Positions 11,605 through 23,682 of a stretch of DNA of 64,000 nucleotides are shown here, in pieces (positions within the stretch are counted from its first letter, which is position 1; each line of letters begins with the position of its first letter). Both the position numbers and the translations under genes were made by a program. The stretch is from an uncultured Sphingomonadaceae bacterium. GTDB lineage: Bacteria; Pseudomonadota; Alphaproteobacteria; Sphingomonadales; Sphingomonadaceae. The stretch covers positions 35,142 to 99,141 of the forward strand of contig CANKZR010000004.1 in NCBI GenBank assembly GCA_947488625.1, given 5' to 3'. A model generated the notes under the pieces. That model was not told where the DNA came from and did no database searches. It was given only the letters and a program-made list of their open reading frames with translations.

Positions 11605-12675
11605 ATGGATAAATCGGTGATCGCACGCATAGTTGCTCTTTTCGCCCTGATGCTTACTCCGCTGGCGGCAACGTCTGCGGGTGCACAGGATTTCGAATCC
11701 GCGTTTGACAGTGCCTTCGGCACCGAGGTTCGGGAACCGCCGGAGATCATTGCGAGGCCCAGCACGCCGCTGGAAAGGCGAATCGCCCAGATCGCCGATG
11801 GCAGTGATGGGCGTATCGGCGTAGCTGCAATCGACCTTGTCAGCGGCGAAGAGGTCTCCGTTCTGGGAGACCAGCGCTTCCCCATGGCTTCCACCAGCAA
11901 GATCGCCATTGCCGCTACCTTCCTTGAAGGAGTGGATCGGGGTCGCTGGAGCCTGACCAGTGAATTCCCGCTGATGTGGGCAGTTCGCTCCCCGCGCTTT
12001 TCCACCGCCGTGGCCCCGGTACGTGCGGGCGAACACATGCCTGCTCTCCAGCTTATCGACCTGATGATCACGCGAAGTTCCAACCCGGCAACCGATGCGC
12101 TGCTGGCAGCAGTGGGCGGCCCGTCTGCCGTGAACGACTGGGCCCGGCGCGCAGGGCTGACGGATTTCAGTCTCGACCGCGATATCGCCACTCTTGTTCG
12201 CGACGATGGCGAGTTCGATCCCACCTATCACATCGACCCCCGCGACAGCGCCACGCCGCAAACGATGGTGCGTCTGTTGGCAGGCATCTACCAGGGCGAA
12301 TGGCTGAGCCCGCAGAGCCGCGAAGTCATTCTTGATGCCATGGAACGGTGCCGCACGGGCCGTCGCCGTATACCCGCGATGATCCCCAGCGAGGCGACCG
12401 TTGCGCATAAGACCGGCACGCTGAACCGCATGGCTGGCGATATCGGTATCGTCGAGATGCCCGATGGCCGTGCAATTGCCCTTGCCATCTTCGTTACCGG
12501 TCAGAGCGCGTCACAGGCGGACGAGAACCGCAACAAGGCCGAGGCTCGTAGGCGCCGCGACGCACGTATCGCCTCGATCGCGCGCGCGCTTTACGATGGT
12601 TTTGCCGAACAGGCCGAAGCGCGCCGCTTCGCAAACGCCAGCCATTCTTCGACCGGTTCGGCGGCTGCGCGATAG
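11605..12675 (+). CDS. Class A beta-lactamase-fold serine hydrolase lacking Glu166
   Basis: SxxK (STSK), SSN, KTG; omega-loop DRDIATLV instead of DRxExxLN. Confidence 0.8.
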   Translation: MDKSVIARIVALFALMLTPLAATSAGAQDFESAFDSAFGTEVREPPEIIARPSTPLERRIAQIADGSDGRIGVAAIDLVSGEEVSVLGDQRFPMASTSKIAIAATFLEGVDRGRWSLTSEFPLMWAVRSPRFSTAVAPVRAGEHMPALQLIDLMITRSSNPATDALLAAVGGPSAVNDWARRAGLTDFSLDRDIATLVRDDGEFDPTYHIDPRDSATPQTMVRLLAGIYQGEWLSPQSREVILDAMERCRTGRRRIPAMIPSEATVAHKTGTLNRMAGDIGIVEMPDGRAIALAIFVTGQSASQADENRNKAEARRRRDARIASIARALYDGFAEQAEARRFANASHSSTGSAAAR

Positions 12676-12710
12676 CCCGGATTAACTGCGAACTCGTGCA
12701 GACAAAGAAA

Positions 12711-12740
12711 AAGGGCGCCGCCATTGCTGGCCGCGCCCTT
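12711..12740. terminator. Bidirectional terminator between convergent genes
   Basis: AAGGGCGC...GCGCCCTT stem flanked by an A-run and a T-rich run. Confidence 0.65.
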
Positions 12741-12772
12741 CGTCTTTTTGAGGCTTGAAAGCCGTAGACCGA

Positions 12773-13036
12773 TTACTCGGCTTCGTTGGCTTCGGCTTCC
12801 ATTTCGGCGCCGGCTTCCTGCATTTCTTCGCCAGCAGCGGACATGCCTTCTTCCATTTCCATTTCAGCTTCCATGGTGGCAGCTTCGAGGTCCTGCTCAA
12901 CGGCTTCAGCATTGGCTTCGGTGTCGGCAGCAGCGCTTTCAGCGGTTGCTTCTGCAGCGTCTTCGGTGCCTTCCGAGCAAGCGGCCAGGGTGAGAGCGCC
13001 AGCAGCTGCGGCGGCGACGAGAACGATCTTACGCAT
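12773..13036 (-). CDS. Small acidic, Ala/Glu-rich lipoprotein
   Basis: MRKIVLVAAAAAGALTLAAC lipobox, low-complexity E/A tail. Confidence 0.75.
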   Translation of the reverse strand: MRKIVLVAAAAAGALTLAACSEGTEDAAEATAESAAADTEANAEAVEQDLEAATMEAEMEMEEGMSAAGEEMQEAGAEMEAEANEAE

Positions 13037-13260
13037 AGGTATAAATCCCTTGAATTGCATAGTTTGGGGTGTGGCAAGTGCCTTTCCCGAAGCCAACCTT
13101 TCCGCTGGCTCTGTTGCCTAAATAAGGCCACAATTGAGGCTGCGCAAGGAGAATGTGGCACAATTGCGGCGAACCGAGGGCAGGAATAAGGCAAAACCAT
13201 CGAGAGCAAGACGCTTCTTTGATGCTTACAGGCGCGCCATGCTCGTGCTAGCAGGCGCGC

Positions 13261-16113
13261 ATGGCCGACAAACAGCATCTCTACCTGGTCGATGGATCGG
13301 CCTATATCTTTCGCGCTTATCATCGCCTCCCGCCGCTGACGAACCCCGAGGGGACACCTGTCGGCGCGGTCTATGGCTATACGACCATGCTCTGGAAGCT
13401 GGCGGAGGATCTCGATAAGGCCGTAGGACCGACGCACCTCGCCGTTATTCTCGACAAGTCGAGCCAGAGCTTTCGCAACGAAATCTACAGCGAGTACAAG
13501 GCCAACCGGCCGCCCCCGCCCGACGACCTGGTGCCGCAATTCCCGCTGATCCGTGACGCGACCCGCGCCTTCAGCCTGCCATGCATCGAGGAACCCGATG
13601 TGGAGGCAGACGACATGATCGCCACCTATGCCCGCGCCGCCCAACGCGAAGGCTGGGACGTTACCATCGTATCGTCGGACAAGGATTTGATGCAGCTTGT
13701 GGGCGAGGTGGACGGCGCGAAGATCGACATGCTCGACACCATGAAAAACGCGCGCATCTATATCGAGGAAGTAGAAGAGAAATTCGGCGTGCCGCCGGGA
13801 AAGGTAGGTGACGTTCTCGCGCTGATGGGCGATTCGGTAGACAATATTCCCGGTATCTTCGGCGTCGGTCCCAAAACCGCCAGCAAGCTGATCGTAGAAC
13901 ACGGCAGCCTGACGGCCGCGCTCGATTCTGCGGAGGGGATGAAGAAGTCCAAGCTGAAGGAACGCCTTGTCGAACATCGCGCGGATGCCGAACTGTCGCG
14001 CATTCTCGTGACCCTGAAGGAAGACTGTGAACTTCCCCAGCCGCTTGATGATTTCAAGCTGGATGGCGTGCCCACCGAACCGCTGGCCGCATTTCTCGAA
14101 ACGCACGGCTTTTCCAGCCTGCTGCGGCGTCTCGATGCCGGAAACGGCAGCCCCGACCGCGCGAATGACCTGAACCCTGCCAAGGCGGACAAGCAGGGAG
14201 CGGAAGCATCGTCCGACGGCAACCGCCAGCCCATGCCCGAATGGCCTGCCGTCGATCGCTCGCAATATGAATGCGTACAGACGATCGAAAGACTAGAAGC
14301 ATGGGTGGCCCGCGCCTTCGCCGCGCGTCTGGTGGCGGTCGATACCGAGACCAGCGATCTGGACGCGATGGCCTGCGATCTCGTCGGCTTCAGCCTCGCG
14401 CTCGGACCCAACGATGCCTGCTACGTGCCGCTGGATCACTTCGGCGGCGATGGGGGCAGCGACGACATGTTCGCCGACAGGCCGCAGCAGGTGGACCGCG
14501 CGGCGGCCCTTGCCGCGATCAAGCCGCTGCTGGAAAGCGATGCGGTGCTGAAGGTGGGGCAGAACGTCAAATACGATATCAACGTGCTGAAACGCTGCGC
14601 GGGTATCGACCTTGCGCCGGTGCACGACACCATGATCATCAGTTTCGACATGGATGCAGGCCGCATGCTGGATGGCATTGGCGGCGGGCACGGCATGGAC
14701 GAACTGGCAGAGCGTCACCTCGGCCACACCTGCCTGAAATTCAAGGATATCTGTGGCACGGGCAAGAAGGCGATCCCCTTCGGCCAGGTGCCGCTGGACA
14801 GGGCAACCGAGTACGCGGCCGAAGATGCCGACGTGACCTGGAGGCTTTTCCAGCACCTGCATCCGCGCATGCCACTGGAAGGCGCTACGCGCATTTACGA
14901 GCGGGTCGATCGCCCGCTGATTCCCGTGGTCGCTGCGATGGAGCGCGAAGGCATCAAGGTGGACCGCGCGGCCCTGTCGCGCCTGTCGGAACAGTTTGCC
15001 GAGACCACTGCCCGGATCGAGAAGGAAATCCACGAACAGGCGGGCGAGCAATTTACCATCGGCAGCCCTAAGCAGCTGGGCGATATCCTGTTCGACAAGA
15101 TGGGCTACAAGGGTGGCCGCAAGGGCAAGAGCGGGCAGTATTCAACCGATCAGGCGATCCTTGAAAAGCTCAGCCAGCAAGGCGCAACCATCGCCGACAA
15201 GGTGCTGGAGTATCGCCAGCTTTCCAAGCTGAAGAGCACCTACACAGATGCTCTCCAAGAGGCGATAAACAGCGAAACCAGCCGTGTGCATACCTCCTAT
15301 TCGCTGGTCGGCGCGCAGACCGGGCGATTGTCCTCCACCGATCCCAACTTGCAGAACATTCCCATCCGCACAGAAATCGGTCGCGAGATTCGCAAGGCCT
15401 TCGTGCCGGAGGAAGGCAACGTGCTGCTCGCGGCGGACTATTCGCAGATCGAATTGCGGCTGGCCGCGCACATGGCCGATGTGCCCGAACTGAAGGAAGC
15501 CTTCGCGCAAGGTGAGGACATCCACGCCCGCACGGCGAAGGAAATGTACGGCAAGGTGGACCGCGACACGCGTGCGGCGGCCAAGACCATCAACTTCGCC
15601 ATCCTCTACGGCATTTCACGATGGGGGCTGGCAGGGCGTCTTGGCGTGGAGCCCGACGAGGCGCAGGAGGTGATCGACACCTATTTCAAGCGCTTCCCCG
15701 GCATCCAGAACTATATGCACAAAACGCTAGAGAGCGTGCGGGCCAAGGGCTATTCAGAGACACTGTTCGGCCGCAAGACATGGTTTCCGCGCATCGGATC
15801 GAAGAATCAGAACGAGCGGCAGGGCAGCGAGCGCGCGGCGATCAACGCGCCCATTCAGGGCAGCAGCGCCGATATCATCAAGCGCGCCATGGTCCGCATG
15901 TTGCCCGCGCTGACAGAAGCCAACCTGCCCAATGTTCGCATGTTGCTTCAGGTGCATGACGAACTGGTGTTCGAATTGCCGGAAGGCGATGTGGCCGCAG
16001 CGTCCCCGGTGATCGAGAAAGTCATGGCAGAGGCAGCCTCGCCAGCCGTGGAACTCAGCGTGCCGCTGGGTATCGAGATCGGCACGGGGGCAAGCTGGGA
16101 CGCAGCGCACTGA
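13261..16113 (+). CDS. polA: DNA polymerase I
   Basis: 5'-3' exonuclease LVDGSAYIFRAY; polymerase motifs DYSQIELR, KTINFAILYG, QVHDEL. Confidence 0.99.
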   Translation: MADKQHLYLVDGSAYIFRAYHRLPPLTNPEGTPVGAVYGYTTMLWKLAEDLDKAVGPTHLAVILDKSSQSFRNEIYSEYKANRPPPPDDLVPQFPLIRDATRAFSLPCIEEPDVEADDMIATYARAAQREGWDVTIVSSDKDLMQLVGEVDGAKIDMLDTMKNARIYIEEVEEKFGVPPGKVGDVLALMGDSVDNIPGIFGVGPKTASKLIVEHGSLTAALDSAEGMKKSKLKERLVEHRADAELSRILVTLKEDCELPQPLDDFKLDGVPTEPLAAFLETHGFSSLLRRLDAGNGSPDRANDLNPAKADKQGAEASSDGNRQPMPEWPAVDRSQYECVQTIERLEAWVARAFAARLVAVDTETSDLDAMACDLVGFSLALGPNDACYVPLDHFGGDGGSDDMFADRPQQVDRAAALAAIKPLLESDAVLKVGQNVKYDINVLKRCAGIDLAPVHDTMIISFDMDAGRMLDGIGGGHGMDELAERHLGHTCLKFKDICGTGKKAIPFGQVPLDRATEYAAEDADVTWRLFQHLHPRMPLEGATRIYERVDRPLIPVVAAMEREGIKVDRAALSRLSEQFAETTARIEKEIHEQAGEQFTIGSPKQLGDILFDKMGYKGGRKGKSGQYSTDQAILEKLSQQGATIADKVLEYRQLSKLKSTYTDALQEAINSETSRVHTSYSLVGAQTGRLSSTDPNLQNIPIRTEIGREIRKAFVPEEGNVLLAADYSQIELRLAAHMADVPELKEAFAQGEDIHARTAKEMYGKVDRDTRAAAKTINFAILYGISRWGLAGRLGVEPDEAQEVIDTYFKRFPGIQNYMHKTLESVRAKGYSETLFGRKTWFPRIGSKNQNERQGSERAAINAPIQGSSADIIKRAMVRMLPALTEANLPNVRMLLQVHDELVFELPEGDVAAASPVIEKVMAEAASPAVELSVPLGIEIGTGASWDAAH

Positions 16114-17222
16114 TGAACGACATGCTGACCCCGCTACGCGACGCCGTGCCCGACCACTTGGAGGCATGGCTGGTGGCCGCGCTGGCCGCCTTCATCGGGG
16201 TGCTCGTGGCATTGCTGGTGCACCGCATCCTGTTCGGCATCTTGCGCAAGGTTGCCAGCGCCAGCCACAGCCAGGCGGACAACGTGGTGGTGCGTCATCT
16301 CGCCCGCCCCAGCAAGTGGGCCATGGTGGCACTGGGCCTGGTGCTGGCCGCGCGAGAAGTGCCGATTCTCGATTCCGCGTGGGAGAGAATCGCCGGTTTC
16401 GTGATGCCCGCGCTGATTGGCTGGATCGCCCTTTCTATCATGCGCGCGCTGGTTGCGGCGATGGAACTGCGCGCCGATATCGACGTGGCCGACAATCTGC
16501 AGGCACGCCGCCGCCGCACAAGGCTCGCCATCTTCAGCCGCATCGGGACCTTCCTGATCGTCTTCGTCACCGTCGGGCTGATGCTGCTGTCGATACCCGG
16601 CGTGCGCGATATCGGGGTGACGCTGATGGCCTCCGCCGGGCTTGCCGCGCTGGCCGTGGGTGCAGCGGCGCAACCGGCACTGAAAGCATTGATCGGCGGC
16701 CTGCAAATGGCGCTGACAGAGCCTATCCGTATCGACGATGTCGTTATCATCGATGGCGAGTGGGGCAGGATAGAGGATATTCGCACCACCTATGTTGTCG
16801 TGCGCATCTGGGACGAACGGCGGCTGGTGGTTCCGGTCAGCAAGTTCCTGGAAGAGACATTTCAGAACTGGACCCGCAAGGGATCGGAATTGCTCGGCAC
16901 GGTTTTTCTGCACTTGGACCCGCTGGCCGATGTCGAGCGGCTACGCGCTGAATTCGAACGGCAGGTGGAGGCCAATCCCCTATGGGACAAGCGCGTAAAG
17001 GGCGCGCAGGTTACCGATACGACACTCGATTCGATGGAGCTTCGCCTGCTGATGAGCGCGCGCAACGCTTCCGATGCTTTCGACCTCAGGTGCCAGATCC
17101 GCGAGGCGATGCTGGCCTTCATCCGTGCCGAGATGCCCGAAGCCATTGCCATGCGCCGGGTGGCCTCCGCCACCGAAGCATTGTGGGAAACGGGCGAAGC
17201 GGGGATGGATACCGGGAATTAG
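16113..17222 (+). CDS. Small-conductance mechanosensitive channel (MscS family)
   Basis: PIRIDDVV..GEWGRIEDIRTTYVVVRIWDERRLVVP..F...FQNWT motif after TM helices. Confidence 0.9.
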   Translation: MNDMLTPLRDAVPDHLEAWLVAALAAFIGVLVALLVHRILFGILRKVASASHSQADNVVVRHLARPSKWAMVALGLVLAAREVPILDSAWERIAGFVMPALIGWIALSIMRALVAAMELRADIDVADNLQARRRRTRLAIFSRIGTFLIVFVTVGLMLLSIPGVRDIGVTLMASAGLAALAVGAAAQPALKALIGGLQMALTEPIRIDDVVIIDGEWGRIEDIRTTYVVVRIWDERRLVVPVSKFLEETFQNWTRKGSELLGTVFLHLDPLADVERLRAEFERQVEANPLWDKRVKGAQVTDTTLDSMELRLLMSARNASDAFDLRCQIREAMLAFIRAEMPEAIAMRRVASATEALWETGEAGMDTGN

Positions 17223-17480
17223 GCTAGTTTGTTTTTCGCACCTGCCTCCGCAGGTGCGTCCTCGCTAGATGCGCAGCAAGCTGCGCCGCTGCGGGCGGCC
17301 ATTCGGCCTTGCGGTCCGCCAGGCGCGGACCGTCTCCCGCTCAAAGGCTCCTCAATCGCGCGAGTTTTGGTCGCCACCAGCAACCGACAGCGCGCGACTG
17401 CGCAGCCCCCAGGTGCCCCACAGCGAGGCGGAGGGAATAGCACCCAGGACGCTCCGACGGAGGACGGAGCGAAAAGCAAA

Positions 17481-19787
<2,307 letters not shown>

Positions 19788-19914
19788 AGCTGTCCTGTCC
19801 TTTTGGGTGTCTGTGTTCCAGCGGACCTAGGAAGCGCCCGCTGCTATTGCAAACAGGCAGGGTGGCAGAAGGTGCCGAAAAAACGCAAGACGACGGCCTT
19901 GGAACAGCGCCAAG

Positions 19915-19946
19915 AAAAAAGGCCCGGTCGTTGCCGACCGGGCCTT
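19915..19946 (-). terminator. Rho-independent terminator of the candidate sRNA
   Basis: AAGGCCCGGTCG-GCAA-CGACCGGGCCTT on the minus strand, ending in a T6 run. Confidence 0.85.
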
Positions 19947-19978
19947 GAAGTTTTGGGAGAGGATGCCTGAAAGGCAGG
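19915..19978 (-). ncRNA. Candidate ~65-nt trans-acting sRNA with CU-rich anti-SD motif (SuhB/alpha-r8-like)
   Basis: Minus strand: promoter CTTGCG-N17-GCATAT (20012-19984), hairpin TGCCT-TTC-AGGCA, single-stranded TCCTCTCCC, 12-bp terminator stem and T6. Confidence 0.55.
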
Positions 19979-20246
19979 GAGACATATGCTGCGAATCGCT
20001 CGATCTCGCAAGTGCGAAAAGAGCATCGCCTGTTGCATCCGCTGCAACTGATCGACTTATTTGTTTTCTAACAGTGCGTTATATGCTGACATAGATGTCA
20101 GTCCGCGTTTAAATTGAATCTTGAATCACCTTTTGGAAGCGGAAATGCTGCATTGCGCCAATTTGCGGGGTTCGATGGTGACATCGGCGTCGCTTCGCAT
20201 TATTGCGCTGGCACCACCCGCACCGACCACAAACAGGGATGCCGCG

Positions 20247-20966
20247 ATGCAGAAACTCTTTCCTTCCGCCGAAGCCGCTTTGGAGGGCGTGCTGCACGAT
20301 GGCATGCTGATAGCCAGCGGGGGCTTCGGCCTGTGCGGCATTCCGGAGCGTCTGCTGAAGGCCATCCAGGACAGCGGCGTGAAGGACCTTACCTTCGCCA
20401 GCAACAATGCCGGGATCGACAACGAGGGCATCGGCATGCTGCTGCGCTCCAAGCAGGTGAAGAAGATGATCTCCAGCTACGTTGGCGAGAACAAGGAGTT
20501 TGAGCGCCAGTATCTTTCCGGAGAGCTGGAGGTGGAATTCTGCCCGCAAGGCACACTCGCCGAACGCATGCGCGCTGGCGGTGCTGGCATTCCTGGCTTC
20601 TACACCAAGACGGGCGTGGGCACGCAGGTTGCGGAGGGCAAGGAAGTGAAGAGCTTCGAGACCCGGGACGGGTCTGAGGACTTTATTCTGGAGCGCGGCA
20701 TTTTCGCCGACCTTTCCATCGTCAAGGCGTGGAAGGCGGACGAGACCGGCAACCTGATGTTCCGCAAGACGGCACGCAATTTCAATCAGCCCGCCGCCAC
20801 CTGCGGCAAGGTCTGCGTCGTGGAGGTGGAGGAGATCGTCCCGGCAGGCTCGCTCGACCCCGATTGCATTCACCTGCCCGGCGTGTTCGTGAACCGCATG
20901 GTGGTGGGCGCGCCTTACGACAAGAAGATCGAATTCGTCACGACTCGCGAACGGGAGACCGCATGA
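20247..20966 (+). CDS. scoA: 3-oxoacid CoA-transferase subunit A
   Basis: [32 protein letters not shown] and RKTARNFN motifs. Confidence 0.93.
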   Translation: MQKLFPSAEAALEGVLHDGMLIASGGFGLCGIPERLLKAIQDSGVKDLTFASNNAGIDNEGIGMLLRSKQVKKMISSYVGENKEFERQYLSGELEVEFCPQGTLAERMRAGGAGIPGFYTKTGVGTQVAEGKEVKSFETRDGSEDFILERGIFADLSIVKAWKADETGNLMFRKTARNFNQPAATCGKVCVVEVEEIVPAGSLDPDCIHLPGVFVNRMVVGAPYDKKIEFVTTRERETA

Positions 20967-21628
20967 TGGCCCAGGATACAAATGTGCAGTCGAAGGGCTG
21001 GGACCGCAACCAGATGGCGGCGCGCGCCGCAAAAGAGCTGGAAGACGGCTATTACGTCAACCTGGGCATCGGCATCCCCACCCTTGTGGCGAACCATATT
21101 CCCGACGGCATGCAGGTAACGCTGCAAAGCGAGAACGGCATGCTGGGCATCGGCCCCTTCCCTTACGAGGGCGAAGAGGATGCCGATCTCATCAACGCGG
21201 GCAAGCAGACCATCAGTGAACTGCCGCACTCCGCCTATTTCGACAGTGCCACCAGTTTCTCCATGATCCGCGGCGGGCATATCGACCTCACCGTACTGGG
21301 CGCGATGGAAGTGGCCCAGAACGGCGACATCGCCAACTGGATGATCCCTGGCAAGATGGTGAAGGGCATGGGCGGCGCGATGGACTTGGTTGCCGGGGTC
21401 AAGAAGATCATCGTGGTGATGGAGCACACCAGCAAGCACGGTGATCCCAAGTTCATTCCCGAATGCACCCTACCACTGACCGGCACCAACGTGGTGGACA
21501 TGATCATCACCGATCTCGCCGTGTTCCAGCGCCCCGATCATGACAGTCCGTTCAAGCTGGTGGAACTCGCCCCCGGCGTGAGCGCAGAGGAAGTGGCCGA
21601 GAAGACCACCGCGCACTACGAAAGCTGA
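20963..21628 (+). CDS. scoB: 3-oxoacid CoA-transferase subunit B
   Basis: [13 protein letters not shown], catalytic [14 protein letters not shown]; ATGA overlap with scoA. Confidence 0.93.
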   Translation: MMAQDTNVQSKGWDRNQMAARAAKELEDGYYVNLGIGIPTLVANHIPDGMQVTLQSENGMLGIGPFPYEGEEDADLINAGKQTISELPHSAYFDSATSFSMIRGGHIDLTVLGAMEVAQNGDIANWMIPGKMVKGMGGAMDLVAGVKKIIVVMEHTSKHGDPKFIPECTLPLTGTNVVDMIITDLAVFQRPDHDSPFKLVELAPGVSAEEVAEKTTAHYES

Positions 21629-21647
21629 GCCACGCCTTCTTATAGGC

Positions 21648-22010
21648 GTGCGCCTGGTCTGGATCGCCGGCTTCGTGATCGGCGCGCGCAACCATGCGGC
21701 AGACGTACTGGGCCGAGGCTGGCTGCCCTACGATTACGCGCCGCTGGCGCTCAACTGGTTCTGGACCATGCTGCTGCCGCTGGACGTTCTCGTCGGCGCG
21801 CTGCTGGCACTGCGGCAGCGGGCGGGCGTTGTGCTGGGCGTGATCGTAATCCTGGCCGATGTCGCCGTGAACAGCTGGTACGCCTACCGCACGGACTGGC
21901 TCGATCTGTTTCGCGCGCTGCAATGGCAAAGCCTATTCTGCGGCTTCGTGATCGGTACCGCGCCTTACCTCTGGCAACGCCAGACGGAAAGGCTCACGCA
22001 AGACCGCTAG
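21648..22010 (+). CDS. Hypothetical membrane protein
   Basis: About four hydrophobic segments; GC-rich codon usage; no recognised family. Confidence 0.55.
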   Translation: MRLVWIAGFVIGARNHAADVLGRGWLPYDYAPLALNWFWTMLLPLDVLVGALLALRQRAGVVLGVIVILADVAVNSWYAYRTDWLDLFRALQWQSLFCGFVIGTAPYLWQRQTERLTQDR

Positions 22011-22046
22011 CTGCAATTGCGCTTGACGATCCTTCCTTTGTCGTGC

Positions 22047-22066
22047 ATTTCTGAAATTACAGAAAT
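22047..22066. promoter_or_regulatory. Palindromic operator 1 (putative GbsR/MarR site)
   Basis: ATTTCTG-AAATTA-CAGAAAT directly upstream of the regulator start. Confidence 0.75.
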
Positions 22067-22087
22067 AGAGAAAGGCGTACCCGAGTC

Positions 22088-22636
22088 GTGCGAGTGACCG
22101 ACATCCCCGAAGCCGAAGCCTTCATTCTTCACTGGGGGGAAATGGGCTCGCACTGGGGTGTGAACCGCTCGGTGAGCCAGGTTCATGCGCTGCTCTACCT
22201 GTCGGACAAACCGCTGCATGCCGAGGAGATTTGCGACACGCTGGGCCTCGCGCGCAGCAATGTCTCCACCGCACTTAAGGAATTGCAGGGCTACGGAATC
22301 GTGCGCCGCCAGCACGTGATCGGCGACAGGCGCGATCATTTCGTCGCCGAAACGGACCTGTGGGAAATGCTGATGCGCATCACGGTGGAGCGCAAGAAGC
22401 GCGAGATCGACCCTACCCTGGCCACGTTGGCGGACCTTTCGGCGAAGTTGGAGGGACGCAAGGATGTCCCGCCCCATATCGCGGAACGGATCGGACGCAT
22501 GCACACCTTCATGGGCACGCTGACCGGCTGGTTTGACGATGTGCGCAAGCTGCCCAAGGGCACACTTGTCACCCTGATGAACCTGGGTGGCAAGGTCGCC
22601 CGCTTCATCCCCGCCCGGAAGCAGGGCGACAGCTAA
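22088..22636 (+). CDS. GbsR/MarR-family transcriptional regulator
   Basis: FILHWGEMGSHWGVNRSVSQVHALLY...LGLARSNVSTALKEL..G winged HTH. Confidence 0.88.
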   Translation: MRVTDIPEAEAFILHWGEMGSHWGVNRSVSQVHALLYLSDKPLHAEEICDTLGLARSNVSTALKELQGYGIVRRQHVIGDRRDHFVAETDLWEMLMRITVERKKREIDPTLATLADLSAKLEGRKDVPPHIAERIGRMHTFMGTLTGWFDDVRKLPKGTLVTLMNLGGKVARFIPARKQGDS

Positions 22637-22686
22637 CTACTGACATGAAAGGATCAATTGCCATGACTGCCGATCCACGCGATAGT

Positions 22687-22706
22687 ATTTCTGAATTTAC
22701 AGAAAT
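22687..22706. promoter_or_regulatory. Palindromic operator 2 (19/20 identical to operator 1)
   Basis: ATTTCTG-AATTTA-CAGAAAT, overlapping ATG 22705. Confidence 0.7.
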
Positions 22707-23211
22707 GACAGACGAAGAAATGTCGCAGCTGATCGGCTCGCTTTTCCGGGCAATCGGCTGGGGCGCTTTCGCCGGCGGCGGCTTTTTCCTTATCCTGACT
22801 ATCCCGGCGGCAATGCTTGGGATCGTCAACACAGGAAAGCCTGCCGCGTTGCTGTTCGCAATATTCCCGCTCGCAGTCGCTTTGGCAGGCACCGCGATCG
22901 GCATGATCGTGATTGGCCTCCCACTCACCGCCCTTCTGCGCCACTTTCGGCGCGAACAAGCTCCAACCTATGCGCGTGTGGGCATGGTCGCTGGTGGCCT
23001 GCTGCCATTCACGATTCTTAGTCTAGCTAAAGGGACTGACAGTGCTGCCCTCGCCTTGAGCCTTTTCTTCGGATTATTCGGCACAATTGCCGGAGGCGTT
23101 ACCGGGAACATCTGGGGCGAGTTTCGCGAGTCACGCTACGCTTTTGATACGCCGCCGGAAGACGATGAACCTTACGCGCCAACCAACCCCTTCCACGACA
23201 TGATTTACTAA
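22705..23211 (+). CDS. Hypothetical four-TM membrane protein
   Basis: Hydrophobic segments; start uncertain (22645, 22663 or 22705). Confidence 0.55.
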   Translation: MTDEEMSQLIGSLFRAIGWGAFAGGGFFLILTIPAAMLGIVNTGKPAALLFAIFPLAVALAGTAIGMIVIGLPLTALLRHFRREQAPTYARVGMVAGGLLPFTILSLAKGTDSAALALSLFFGLFGTIAGGVTGNIWGEFRESRYAFDTPPEDDEPYAPTNPFHDMIY

Positions 23212-23225
23212 GCAGGAGAAGTACG

Positions 23226-23600
23226 ATGACCGAACTGAGCTATTTCGCCTATCTCTTCATCGCCATTGCCCTGACGGGCTGGGTGGCGCGCACGCTGAGC
23301 GTGAACGGGGAGGTGTTCCTGGTCGATTGCTTCGGCCATGACGAAGTGCTGGCGCGCAGCACCAATCACCTGCTGGTGGTGGGGTTCTACCTCGTCAACG
23401 TGGGCTTCATCCTGCTGACGATCAGCCTTGGCGCAGAGCCGACCACGCTGGCAGAAGCCATCCGTTTCGTGGCGACCAAGGTCGGGCTGGCGGTCTTGGT
23501 GCTGGGATGCTGGCACTTCTTCAACATGCAGATGATCGCCCGCTACGGCCACAAGGTAGGCCGCTGGGTGCGCGAGAACCACGGGGCGAAACCTGCCTGA
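23226..23600 (+). CDS. Conserved hypothetical three-TM protein
   Basis: RBS GGAG; TNHLLVVGFYLVNVG motif. Confidence 0.75.
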   Translation: MTELSYFAYLFIAIALTGWVARTLSVNGEVFLVDCFGHDEVLARSTNHLLVVGFYLVNVGFILLTISLGAEPTTLAEAIRFVATKVGLAVLVLGCWHFFNMQMIARYGHKVGRWVRENHGAKPA

Positions 23601-23627
23601 CACATCGGACCTCGCAGATGACGAAAG

Positions 23628-23655
23628 GGCGGCTCCATTGCGGGGCCGCCTTTTT
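23628..23655 (+). terminator. Rho-independent terminator
   Basis: GGCGGCTCC-ATTGC-GGGGCCGCC-TTTTT. Confidence 0.8.
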
Positions 23656-23682
23656 CGTATATGCCTCTGATCGGGAGAGCAC

